Virus record (IMG/VR): IMGVR_UViG_3300001199_000001
Span: 165,404 to 229,403 of that record
DNA: 64,000 nt
Origin: a virus
Taxonomy: Duplodnaviria; Heunggongvirae; Uroviricota; Caudoviricetes
Direction: 5' to 3' (one strand)
Shown in pieces: positions 38,503-47,081 of this stretch (positions within the stretch are counted from its first letter, which is position 1; the number at the start of each line of letters is the position of its first letter). Under the pieces are notes generated by a model. It saw only the letters and a program-made list of their open reading frames with translations, was not told the DNA's origin and made no database searches. Made by a program: the position numbers and the translations under genes.

Positions 38503-38538
38503 AGATTAGTAGGAGTTGACGACGTTGTCAACTCCTAC
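38503..38538 (-). promoter_or_regulatory. promoter of interrupted tRNA overlapped by perfect 12-bp inverted repeat
   Basis: TTGACA-17-TAATCT; GTAGGAGTTGAC-N6-GTCAACTCCTAC. Confidence 0.7.
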
Positions 38539-38547
38539 GAACCAAAT

Positions 38548-38886
38548 TTAGGCTGCCTGCTTCATTTCGCCCAGTGGACGCAGATGGGCGAACCGCTGGC
38601 GAGCTTCACCTTGTAAGGGTTCAGTCGCCAGTGCGGTGTAGCCGGTGTCATAGTCCGGTTCGTGGAAGCAGTGGTAGCGAATGCCGTCCTTTTCGAGATC
38701 GCGCTTCAGCTTGATCAGGTCCCGTTCCGAATCGATCCCGAACAAGACGAAATTGGTCTTGCCGTTCGGGTAGTCGTCACGAGAAAGTTCAAGCCCAAGC
38801 TCGAACGTCGCATGGGCGGTCTGGATGACCTGAACCCGTGGGCTCAGGTCGGTTCGGATGAACAGGTAAAGGTAATGCTCGGGCAT
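38548..38886 (-). CDS. peptidyl-tRNA hydrolase Pth2/PTRHD1-like protein
   Basis: YLFIRTDL...IQTAHA, F.EPD...TALAT.P. Confidence 0.78.
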   Translation of the reverse strand: MPEHYLYLFIRTDLSPRVQVIQTAHATFELGLELSRDDYPNGKTNFVLFGIDSERDLIKLKRDLEKDGIRYHCFHEPDYDTGYTALATEPLQGEARQRFAHLRPLGEMKQAA

Positions 38887-39257
38887 TAGTCCTCCATCCT
38901 GATTTCATCGCAGAGGTAAGTCGCCAACGCCCTATAGCGCGAGGTCAGTTCGTTATCCGCTGTCGGCATGTTGAACGGCGTGCCGAAGTCCTTTGCCTGC
39001 TTAAGCCGCAGATAGAGGGTTCGTCGACCGTGCTGTTTTGACGGCGTGAAGGCTGCGCGGAGCTTGCGCAACGCCCATGCTTCGGCCTCATCCGATCCGA
39101 GCTTGTCGGTCAGATTGATGGACTGGGTGATGATGAACTGAATATAAGCCGAATCGCTGTTGAGCTTGGCATAAGCCAAGGTCTTCCAAGCAGTGCGATT
39201 GGCGCGGTAGGCGGCCTTTGTGTCGGCGGCCTCAAGGGTAGTCGTTTCCATTTTCAT
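38886..39257 (-). CDS. hypothetical protein
   Basis: 123 aa, TAATG-coupled to the Pth2-like gene. Confidence 0.65.
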   Translation of the reverse strand: MKMETTTLEAADTKAAYRANRTAWKTLAYAKLNSDSAYIQFIITQSINLTDKLGSDEAEAWALRKLRAAFTPSKQHGRRTLYLRLKQAKDFGTPFNMPTADNELTSRYRALATYLCDEIRMED

Positions 39258-39340
39258 GATCCTTTGCTGAATTGAATAGTCTTCGAGCGAAGGATCGATC
39301 AGGGTGGTTCTAGCTTATACCGACATCAGTCGTACCTCTC
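39258..39340 (-). promoter_or_regulatory. candidate translational attenuator: Met-Ser-Val-stop minigene plus SD-sequestering hairpin
   Basis: GAGAGG SD, ATG TCG GTA TAA at 39326-39315; GATCCTTCGCT (39296-39286) complementary to AGCAAAGGATC (39268-39258). Confidence 0.6.
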
Positions 39341-39347
39341 TTAAAGT

Positions 39348-39425
39348 TGGCGCCCGTGACAGGAGTCGAACCTGCAAACCTTTCTGGTGTATGCCCAGAC
39401 TGCTCCGCCGTTGAGCTACACAGGC
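39348..39425 (-). tRNA. tRNA-like gene with non-canonical anticodon loop (identity undetermined)
   Basis: GCCTGTG/CACGGGC-G-CCA acceptor, GCTC/GAGC D arm, GCAGG-TTCGACT-CCTGT T arm; anticodon arm GTCTG-GGCATACAC-CAGAA lacks U33; own promoter TTGACA-17-TATATT at 39469-39441. Confidence 0.78.
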
Positions 39426-39466
39426 TTAATGTGTGAGATGAATATAGACGCTTGGATTAACCCTGT

Positions 39467-39549
39467 CAAGGGTTTTTAGTCAACACCTCTAGAAGAAGGT
39501 CTTGACGCCAAGGGTTTTTAGTCAACACCTCTAGAAGAAGGTCTTGACG
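39467..39549. repeat. 41-bp direct tandem duplication (period 42)
   Basis: CAAGGGTTTTTAGTCAACACCTCTAGAAGAAGGTCTTGACG at 39467-39507 and 39509-39549. Confidence 0.95.
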
Positions 39550-39923
39550 ACATCATCGTACGGACAGCCTTCAGCGAAATGCTCTCCATTCATGTCGATG
39601 GGTCCGATCCCCAAAGCGGTGATGACCGCCGGATAATGGGGGCGAACGCGTTCCTTGACCAAAGCAACGCCGCAGATCGGCTTATAGTCCTCGTACAACT
39701 GGAGGAGAATTGCTTCAGGGGCTGTGTACATGTCCTTGATCATCGGTTTTCGTGAATACCGAAACACCTCCACTTCCTTTTTATCGAAGCGTAGTTCCGA
39801 ATCCCAATAGGCTCGCATCATCGCCTCAGAGGATGCTTGATGTAGGCCAAGCTTGCGGGCTCTCGCCGCTTTGATCGCTTCAGCAGAAAGTACGCAGATC
39901 ATTCTCGGTCTATACCCCGTCAT
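39531..39923 (-). CDS. diverged Pth2-like paralogue
   Basis: colinear with 39924-40397 (MICVLS.EA.KAA, AYWD.E.RF, APE, LYEDY, TA.GIGP) but lacks GK..AQ..H and D.G.T motifs. Confidence 0.7.
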   Translation of the reverse strand: MTGYRPRMICVLSAEAIKAARARKLGLHQASSEAMMRAYWDSELRFDKKEVEVFRYSRKPMIKDMYTAPEAILLQLYEDYKPICGVALVKERVRPHYPAVITALGIGPIDMNGEHFAEGCPYDDVVKTFF

Positions 39924-40397
39924 TTAAATGAACATCTTGATCTGGTCGTAATACGGCTTGTTCGCCGCAAGCCGCTCGCCCTTCAGGTGCAGGGGGCCGA
40001 TACCGACGGCGGTCAAGGTCTCGCCGTCGAACACCGTCAGACCTCGGTCGACAACGCGGGTTATGCCGCCTTCGTTGACGTAGTCTTCATAGAGCATGTT
40101 GACGACCGTCTCAGGCGCGATCAGGGTAATCTTACCAGCCCCGCCCTTGGTGATGTCACGGTAAGCTTTCGCCGTCTTCGGGAAACGCTTCTCAGCGTCC
40201 CAGTAAGCATGCAGGAAGGCGTGTCCTGATTGGGCATGCATCTTGCCTCTGTTGCCCTTGGCGGCCTTCACAGCCGCTTCAGAGAAGATGCAGTACATTT
40301 TATAGTCAAGGACCCCTTTCGGGGGTGGCTCCTTGCCGGTCAGCTTATGCCAAATGTAGAGGATGATCGAAAGTATCCACCGTCCGGTCTCTTCCAT
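39924..40397 (-). CDS. peptidyl-tRNA hydrolase Pth2 family protein
   Basis: GKMHAQSGHA, KITL, VVDRGLT, TAVGIGP; hydrophobic N-terminus. Confidence 0.85.
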   Translation of the reverse strand: MEETGRWILSIILYIWHKLTGKEPPPKGVLDYKMYCIFSEAAVKAAKGNRGKMHAQSGHAFLHAYWDAEKRFPKTAKAYRDITKGGAGKITLIAPETVVNMLYEDYVNEGGITRVVDRGLTVFDGETLTAVGIGPLHLKGERLAANKPYYDQIKMFI

Positions 40398-40753
40398 TAG
40401 AACCTCTCGTTCCAGAGAGCATCCCAGCCCTTCTCGGTAATTACGCCCTTAGTGTAGCGTAGGTCATATCCGAGTTTGATGTTTCGAGAGGCGTCGGGAT
40501 CGCGCGCCAATAGCCACCCCTTGGCGTAAGGCACTCGTACAGTCTTAACGTAGCCACGCATTAACAGCCATTGAACATCGGCGTCCTTCAACGCCATGCC
40601 GCCTTCGCTATGAAACCGAAGGCGGTCTTTGGCTGCGCGCATCAGGAGCTTAGCTCGACGCAGCCGCGCTGGTACGGAGAGTGCCCCGTACCAGCGTTTG
40701 TTATGGTCGTTTAGTTCTGCCCACGATAGGGCGTTGCCACCCCCGCTAGACAT
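40397..40753 (-). CDS. hypothetical protein
   Basis: 118 aa, TAATG coupling; ITEKG motif. Confidence 0.6.
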   Translation of the reverse strand: MSSGGGNALSWAELNDHNKRWYGALSVPARLRRAKLLMRAAKDRLRFHSEGGMALKDADVQWLLMRGYVKTVRVPYAKGWLLARDPDASRNIKLGYDLRYTKGVITEKGWDALWNERF

Positions 40754-41187
40754 TAGACACCCGCCTTGAGGATCGCCGAGACCTGCTGGCCAGTGACCCG
40801 GCCCGGATACATCTCATTGAGATAGGCCAAGATCGCCTTCATGTTCTTCATGGAACGATCTTCAAATGCCGCCGAGATCGATTTACGAACCTCGTCATCA
40901 CTGACCGCTTGCGGTAGATATTCCGCGAGGATGGCAGCTTCGTCTTTCGCCTTGTCGTCCTCAGGACGTGCCTTCAGTGTCTCGTCGAGATTCTTGACGA
41001 ACTTGCGGATCACCGCCGTGACTTCGTCATCCGTGGTCTCACGGCCTGCATCCTTACCTACACGCTCAGCTTCCGCGACCAGCGTGGTGAGCAGAGGCGA
41101 TTTAATGCGGGCGGTCTCATCGCCTTTGATAGCCAGCTTGCGGGCGGCCAATTGGTCGGATTTGATGCGTTGAAGTAGCGTTGACAT
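40753..41187 (-). CDS. GatB/YqeY domain protein
   Basis: I..D...ARK, TDDEV..VIRK, E..IL.EYLP. Confidence 0.85.
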   Translation of the reverse strand: MSTLLQRIKSDQLAARKLAIKGDETARIKSPLLTTLVAEAERVGKDAGRETTDDEVTAVIRKFVKNLDETLKARPEDDKAKDEAAILAEYLPQAVSDDEVRKSISAAFEDRSMKNMKAILAYLNEMYPGRVTGQQVSAILKAGV

Positions 41188-41240
41188 GGGACGGTTGTAC
41201 CATCCGAAAAGTGCGTTGTCAACACAATGTGACCGTTTAT

Positions 41241-41432
41241 CTAGTCGCCGCAGGGAAGCGGATTACCCTGCCGATCAGTGGGTTGAACTGCCCCTGACGT
41301 GAACTGGAGATAGACCACGCCCTTGTAGCAGGTCTCCGTTCCGTTGCCGGTGATACCAGCAACGGCGCGGTCGATTCTACCGCAACCCGTCAAGCCGAGC
41401 GCGAAGATTATTACGAGCAGGGTGTTACGCAT
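41241..41432 (-). CDS. small lipoprotein
   Basis: MRNTLLVIIFALGLTGC lipobox; C..GV.YLQFTSG. Confidence 0.7.
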   Translation of the reverse strand: MRNTLLVIIFALGLTGCGRIDRAVAGITGNGTETCYKGVVYLQFTSGAVQPTDRQGNPLPCGD

Positions 41433-41483
41433 TGACGCGCTCCATCGACAGATGTCAATATCATACACACGCCGTGTCAAAGG

Positions 41484-41693
41484 TCAACCCTTTAGGTTCT
41501 TCTCCAGTTTCGCCGTCTCGGTAAGGCGGTTTTTCGATTCTTGCACCGTGCGTTCCGCAAGATCGCGGTCCAGCGTTGACGCCTCGTTGAATTGCTCCGG
41601 TTTCAGCCTATTGCCGAGCGCCGCCCTGATCAAAGTCAGTTCCCGGCTCGTGATCTTCAGCGTCCAGACGGGTTCGAGTTTCAGTTCAGCCAT
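41484..41693 (-). CDS. hypothetical protein
   Basis: GAGG SD, ATG 41693 after ABC ATPase. Confidence 0.55.
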   Translation of the reverse strand: MAELKLEPVWTLKITSRELTLIRAALGNRLKPEQFNEASTLDRDLAERTVQESKNRLTETAKLEKNLKG

Positions 41694-41700
41694 ACCAGCC

Positions 41701-42516
41701 TCACAGACGCATGAAGCGGGCGTGGATTTCCGCTTCGAGTTGATGGAATTCAGGCGTGGTCTCGATACCTTGCCGCCACGCCAAGCCGCGCTCAACAAGG
41801 TCATAGGTCTCGACGATCCGGGCGCCGGGAATGCGCACGCCGTTGGCGTCGAACTCATGACCCAGGATCGAGATCGTATCGCAGACAGCAATGGCGGCGG
41901 CGATGTCGTGGGTGGTCAGCAGAATCGAATTCAGTTCATGCGCCGAAGCGACGCTCAGGATAAGATTCTGAACCGCAACCTTCATCTTGGGATCAAGGCC
42001 TGAGAACGGCTCATCCATAAACAAGAGGTGCCCGGCGCACATCATCTGTTGGATGATGGCGACGCGCTGCCGCTGCCCGCCTGACAGTGCGTGCGGATAA
42101 CTCTTCTCTTTATCAGCGAGGTCGAACCGCTTGAGGAGTTCACGGGCGGTCGCTTCGGGATCGGCGATCTTTTCCGCCTTCGCCGCCGTAAGAAGGTTGG
42201 CGATCACGGTCAGGTGGTCAAACAGTGGGTAGTTCTGCGCCACGACACCGACCATACCCGTCTTGGTAGGCTGACTGCCGTTTAGGATGACCTCACCGGA
42301 ATCCGGCGTCTGAAGTCCCGCGATGCAGCGTGAAAGCTGGGTCTTTCCGACACCGCTCAAGCCGAGAAGTCCGTGAACCTGTCCTTGATTGAGGCCGGGG
42401 CGGATGAAATTGCGAATGGTAAAGTCGACATCCCGCAGGATGGGACGGTCGTAAGCGACTGAGACCTTTTTGACCTCAAGAAGCGGCTCGCCGATTGAGT
42501 AAGCGAAATTCGACAT
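41701..42516 (-). CDS. ABC transporter ATP-binding subunit (NitT/TauT-like)
   Basis: GLSGVGKT, LSGGQRQR, MDEPFSGLD, TTHD. Confidence 0.93.
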   Translation of the reverse strand: MSNFAYSIGEPLLEVKKVSVAYDRPILRDVDFTIRNFIRPGLNQGQVHGLLGLSGVGKTQLSRCIAGLQTPDSGEVILNGSQPTKTGMVGVVAQNYPLFDHLTVIANLLTAAKAEKIADPEATARELLKRFDLADKEKSYPHALSGGQRQRVAIIQQMMCAGHLLFMDEPFSGLDPKMKVAVQNLILSVASAHELNSILLTTHDIAAAIAVCDTISILGHEFDANGVRIPGARIVETYDLVERGLAWRQGIETTPEFHQLEAEIHARFMRL

Positions 42517-43320
42517 TTATGAACGCCTCCGCACGGTATAGGGACAGGCCAGCGCCTTGATCGATTTGATGAGATAGTCCTGCCCGATACCGACGGCGAA
42601 GATCAGAAGCTGAATGGCCAGGAGAGCCGTGTAATTACCGCTACGCTGGAGGCTGATCAACAGCAGGCCAATACCGCCTTCAGCACGGGAGACGCCCTCG
42701 ACCATGGTCAGCATCATCCACGCGATGGCGGCGTTCATGCGCACGCTCTCGAATGCGTTGGCGAGAGTCCCCCGGATAACCACCTCGCGCAGCACGCCCC
42801 ACTTACTGAGGCCAAGCGTCCGAGCGTGGTCGAAACGACCCTGCGGGATGTCGTCAATGATCTGAAGCATGTCGTTCAGGAAGAAGGTCAAGATCGAGAA
42901 TGTGAGCGCCGCGACCTTTAGGGAATGGCCGACACCGAACACCCCCATGAACACCATCAGGACGCCAGTGAGGCTGAGGAACCGCAAACGTGCGATCCCT
43001 GCTGCCAAGGGACGAAAGAAGGGGATCGTGGCGAGATAGGCGAGCGACAGTCCAAGGACCGTGGCGACCCCGATGGCCTCCAAGCTGGTCGATAGACTGA
43101 TCATCAACTGGTAGGCGGCGCCTTGCTGCCACTCCTCTCCAAGAGCGTTAGCCGCTTCAAGTGGAGAAGGAACGGAGGGCGCCGCGCGTCCCGAAATATC
43201 TGCGCCGAATGTGATCGTCATCCAGAAGACGAGGATGAAAGCGATCCAGCCTGCGACCAACATCAAGGAGATGTTGCGCGGGATATGAGCGTTAGGCGTG
43301 AAGACCTGGGGAAGGGTCAA
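42517..43320 (-). CDS. ABC transporter permease (NitT/TauT-like)
   Basis: multiple TM segments; FDHARTLG (EAA loop), GGIG. Confidence 0.88.
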   Translation of the reverse strand: MTLPQVFTPNAHIPRNISLMLVAGWIAFILVFWMTITFGADISGRAAPSVPSPLEAANALGEEWQQGAAYQLMISLSTSLEAIGVATVLGLSLAYLATIPFFRPLAAGIARLRFLSLTGVLMVFMGVFGVGHSLKVAALTFSILTFFLNDMLQIIDDIPQGRFDHARTLGLSKWGVLREVVIRGTLANAFESVRMNAAIAWMMLTMVEGVSRAEGGIGLLLISLQRSGNYTALLAIQLLIFAVGIGQDYLIKSIKALACPYTVRRRS

Positions 43321-43344
43321 AGTGAGGCTCCTGCATCTGTTCGG

Positions 43345-43375
43345 AAAGGAAAGGGGCGAGGATGTACCTCGCCCC
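43345..43375 (-). terminator. intra-operon hairpin / weak terminator after the binding-protein gene
   Basis: GGGGCGAGG-TACAT-CCTCGCCCC followed by TTTCCTTT. Confidence 0.6.
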
Positions 43376-43382
43376 GCCCTAG

Positions 43383-45221
43383 TTACTGACCGAGAGCGAT
43401 CTCGACCCGACGGTTCTTAGTCCGTCCAGCTTCGGTGGCGTTGTCGCCAACCGGGCTGCTGTCACCGAAGCCTTGGACCTGCATACGTTCCTTGGGGAAG
43501 GTCTGCGGAGCCAGCGCATTCAGAGCATCAGCGATGGCTTGCGCTCGCGCCCGCGACAGAGCGAGGTTCGCGCCTGCATTGCCGGTGTTGTCGGTGTGAC
43601 CGGCGATCCGAATCCGTAGGCCCGTCATACCGGCTTGATTGGCGATATCATTCAGCGTGCGCATGCCTGCCGAAGTGATCTGCGCCGAGCCCGTGGCGAA
43701 CTCGACCGCATAGGCCCGTTCGGACACCGCCTGAGTGATCGACTTTTGTTCGAAGGCCTGCGCCGTCGAGCCGACATTCACCCCGCCAAGAGCAGCTTGC
43801 AGATAGGACGTGTTTACCACCTTGCCGTAGTCCGGGTAGCTCGGCACATCCTTCGGATAGAAGGCCTTGGCGTAGTTGCCGAAGGTCTCATATACGCCCT
43901 TGTAGGCGTTGAGCGTGCCAGCCGTCAGGCCGAAGTAGTCACGAACTTCCGCTGCGGTGACAGCCCGCGAGCCGCCGATGCGCACCGTGTTGCCTTGACC
44001 GTCGGTATAGTCATAGCCGGTATAACCCTTGGTCCAGAAGTCGGCGCGAGCTTCTTCGCCGCCAGCCGTCCCGAACACTGCCGCTTGCGTGCGGCCAAGG
44101 GCTTCAAGGCCCTGTCCACCGCTGCGGATTTGGAACGCACCCCGGTCGATGGCGCGGATCAGGCCGACCACGAACTGCTTGTTCTTGGCCATCCATTCGG
44201 CGTTTCCGACCAGAACGGCAGGCATCTGACGGTTATACTCGAAAGTCGAAGCCCAGGTCGTCAGGCCGCCCTTTTGAGTGACCACAACCCGGTCGCCGGG
44301 GAACCACGTGGCGACACCGTCGACACAGGCTTGCACCTTCTTGCCGGTCGGTCGACCATCGATCACTTCCGAACGCTCTTCACAAGCGCCAGAGATATAC
44401 TTTTCGTCGGCCTCGACGAAGCTGGTCGTGTCGGCGAAGTTGATGGCGTTCTTGTCGTAGGTGGCGTTGTTGACGTTTACCGGAATGTCGTTGTCTGACG
44501 CCCACTTCACGCAGGTGTTCCAGTCGCCGTCCCAAGGAACGGCGGCGATGACGCTGCCGCGTGCATTCTGCGGGTTGCCGTTGAGCGGCTTGCCCATGCA
44601 CTTGTCTTCGCCGTAGGAGAACCCCGAGACGGCGATGACTTCGGCGCGCTGGTCGATGCGGTCAAGTCGCTCCGACAGGCTGGCGAAATAGGCGGCGGCG
44701 GAATCGCCCATGAAGATCACGAAGGCCGCGCCTTGCGGGTTGGCTTCACCCTTAGAGACGCCTTCCGAGAACTTCACGAACTCGTCTTTTTGGACGTTGT
44801 AATCGTCCTGACGCTCGATCTGCACACAGCCGCCGGTATACTTAGCGACCAAGCTGCCGTTCGCCGTGCGCGCGCCGCCGTTGGCGACCGTCAAAGGCGC
44901 GACACCGTTCCACGCGATGGCGAGGATACGCGGACAGCCGTTGAAGTTATTGACCGGCTGCGCGGCGAGTTCATAGGAAGCCGGGACGCCGCCGATATCG
45001 GCGCCCGCAAGCGAGCCGGACTTTTCCGGGATCATCGCCTTCATCGAAGCGGGCATCGGCACAACGCCGCTGCGGACCGCTTGAGTGACGCCATAGAGAC
45101 CGATGCCGACCGCGAGGGCGAACGCCGCGATCTTGAACGGAGTCTTCAGACGCAGCTTTGCGGCGCCGAAGGCTAGACCCACCGCCAAGGCGATGAGGAA
45201 TAGAGGAAGAATGAAGGCCAT
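43383..45221 (-). CDS. membrane-anchored substrate-binding-like protein fused to C-terminal OmpA domain
   Basis: two N-terminal TMs; periplasmic-binding-protein-like core; FATGSA, GHTD, LSRARA, NRRVEI OmpA motifs. Confidence 0.85.
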   Translation of the reverse strand: MAFILPLFLIALAVGLAFGAAKLRLKTPFKIAAFALAVGIGLYGVTQAVRSGVVPMPASMKAMIPEKSGSLAGADIGGVPASYELAAQPVNNFNGCPRILAIAWNGVAPLTVANGGARTANGSLVAKYTGGCVQIERQDDYNVQKDEFVKFSEGVSKGEANPQGAAFVIFMGDSAAAYFASLSERLDRIDQRAEVIAVSGFSYGEDKCMGKPLNGNPQNARGSVIAAVPWDGDWNTCVKWASDNDIPVNVNNATYDKNAINFADTTSFVEADEKYISGACEERSEVIDGRPTGKKVQACVDGVATWFPGDRVVVTQKGGLTTWASTFEYNRQMPAVLVGNAEWMAKNKQFVVGLIRAIDRGAFQIRSGGQGLEALGRTQAAVFGTAGGEEARADFWTKGYTGYDYTDGQGNTVRIGGSRAVTAAEVRDYFGLTAGTLNAYKGVYETFGNYAKAFYPKDVPSYPDYGKVVNTSYLQAALGGVNVGSTAQAFEQKSITQAVSERAYAVEFATGSAQITSAGMRTLNDIANQAGMTGLRIRIAGHTDNTGNAGANLALSRARAQAIADALNALAPQTFPKERMQVQGFGDSSPVGDNATEAGRTKNRRVEIALGQ

Positions 45222-45276
45222 TTTCTGTGTTCCTTTCTGTAAGGGACGAGGCCGGGTTAAAAGGATAAAGCGGTAC

Positions 45277-46293
45277 TTAGTAGAGGAGCTTCTTCAGGCC
45301 GGACGACTGGTCCTGCATGGCAGGAGCCGTCGGGCCTTCGATGAGTTTCGTCGACTCGCTCTCCCACTTGGAGAGAAGTTCGCTGCCCGCGCTCACCTTC
45401 TCAAGCTCGATGGTGTCGAGCAGCGGCTGGGTGGTCGTGGCGAGATTTTCGAGTAGCCCGAGTTGGTCGGCATACTTCACGTCGATCAGTTCCGCCGCCT
45501 GCGCCGCCAGTGCGGCCTTTTCGGTGCCCCTGAAGAGGGCGCGTCCAGCGGCGTTCACTTCTTCGAAGGCTTCCTTGGCGGCCCATTTGTCGCGGGCAAT
45601 CTTGATGTCGAGCGACAGGTTCTGGTCGACCATTTCAGCCGCCTCTACGGTCTGATGAAGCCGCTTACGGACAGGCTCGACGCGGGCAATGTAGCCCTCG
45701 AATTCCTGCGCTGTATCAAGACAACGCTGATAGGCGCGCGATTCGATGGTGAAGACGTTCTCGAAGCGTTGGTCGCTAACAGCCGCCGTCTTCGCACCCT
45801 TGGCCTTACGTTCGTGTTGCTTGGCGTCGGCATGATACTTATCAGCGGTTTCACGCCAGCGGGACATGATCCCATCAAGGCGGCCGACGGCGTCTTCGAA
45901 GCGAGACTTGTAGGCTCGCACCTCCTTCTGGCGTTCGAAGTAGGGCGACAGCGGATCGATGTTGAGCAGCGACCACGTCAACTTGTTGATAAAGCTGGCG
46001 TATTGCATGCTGATTAGCTTGTTGATCTTGCCGGTCGGCGAGAAAATCTCGTAGAGCAACCAGATGACTCCAGTCAGGACGGCTCCGGTGATCGCCAGAT
46101 GCGTCAGGCTGCTGGTCAGCTTGGTCAGGAGATCGACCGCATCGATCCACGTCGGTACGAACTTGATGACGACCAGGGAGACAACTGAGATGACCACAAG
46201 GGCGATAAGCCCGGTGATCGTGTAGCGCATGGCCTTAGCCTCTGGCGGCGACCAAGTGCTCGGCGTCGAAGATGAGGTGGGGACGAGTGACAT
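45277..46293 (-). CDS. two-TM coiled-coil protein (PspA/IM30-like, putative)
   Basis: two hydrophobic helices followed by a long helical region. Confidence 0.7.
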   Translation of the reverse strand: MSLVPTSSSTPSTWSPPEAKAMRYTITGLIALVVISVVSLVVIKFVPTWIDAVDLLTKLTSSLTHLAITGAVLTGVIWLLYEIFSPTGKINKLISMQYASFINKLTWSLLNIDPLSPYFERQKEVRAYKSRFEDAVGRLDGIMSRWRETADKYHADAKQHERKAKGAKTAAVSDQRFENVFTIESRAYQRCLDTAQEFEGYIARVEPVRKRLHQTVEAAEMVDQNLSLDIKIARDKWAAKEAFEEVNAAGRALFRGTEKAALAAQAAELIDVKYADQLGLLENLATTTQPLLDTIELEKVSAGSELLSKWESESTKLIEGPTAPAMQDQSSGLKKLLY

Positions 46294-46304
46294 GGGCGGG
46301 GCTC

Positions 46305-46994
46305 CTAGCGGGCGGCCGAAAGGGTTTGCTTCATCTGCGCGAGTTCGGCGCGAACCGCGTTCTCGGCATCTGAAGTGCGCTTGCGAGCGCGGGCGAGTTT
46401 GGCTTCGTGTTCAGCACGTTCAGTGGTGATCGTGCCGATGCGGGCATCGCGTTCCGCCGTCTCGCGAGTATGCCGTTCGATCTCAGCCTTCGCGTCGGCG
46501 TTCAGCTTGCGCAGATGCTCGACCTCTTTGTCGGACTGGCCCACGGTCCCGTCAGCGAGCGCCTTCATTTCACCTGAAGCGCGTTCAACGAAATTCGCGA
46601 GGAGTTGTTCGTGTTGGTCGATATCGGCGACGACGCTGGCGGGGGTGATCGAGGGGTCAGTGACCTTCAGGGCGTTGAGCGCCACGGCGGCGTTGCGCCC
46701 GACGGCCTCATACATTCGAAGGAAGGTGATGTAGCGTGACGGCCTGCCGGAAATCGTCTCAGCATAGACGCCTTCTCTGACGAATTTCAGAGCCTCGGAA
46801 TCGACAACGTCGCTGCCACTCTGGACGACGCTGCTCGTCACAGGTCCCGTGTAGGCTGGGGGGACTTGCGTCGCCGTCACCGCCGGGATGTGGGACAATG
46901 TCGGCGCCGTGGCGGCTTCCGCTGCCTCAGGTGACTCGTCGCTTTCAAGCATCGTGGACTTTAGAGTGTCCAGAAAAGACTTCTTCTTCGCCAT
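46305..46994 (-). CDS. coiled-coil hypothetical protein, first gene of the ABC operon
   Basis: 229 aa; promoter directly upstream. Confidence 0.75.
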   Translation of the reverse strand: MAKKKSFLDTLKSTMLESDESPEAAEAATAPTLSHIPAVTATQVPPAYTGPVTSSVVQSGSDVVDSEALKFVREGVYAETISGRPSRYITFLRMYEAVGRNAAVALNALKVTDPSITPASVVADIDQHEQLLANFVERASGEMKALADGTVGQSDKEVEHLRKLNADAKAEIERHTRETAERDARIGTITTERAEHEAKLARARKRTSDAENAVRAELAQMKQTLSAAR

Positions 46995-47036
46995 TATCCG
47001 CTCGCTGTTCGCCTCGCTATGAGGCGGTATGGTTGA

Positions 47037-47065
47037 AGGATACAGACGCGATATTTCGTTGTCAA
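47037..47065 (-). promoter_or_regulatory. sigma70-type promoter of ABC/OmpA operon
   Basis: TTGACA-17-TATCCT. Confidence 0.72.
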
Positions 47066-47081
47066 CCCTTTAGAACCAATA

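Noticed and set aside
39467-39549. CRISPR array
   Set aside because: Only two adjacent copies with no spacer and no cas genes; the same applies to 49128-49187
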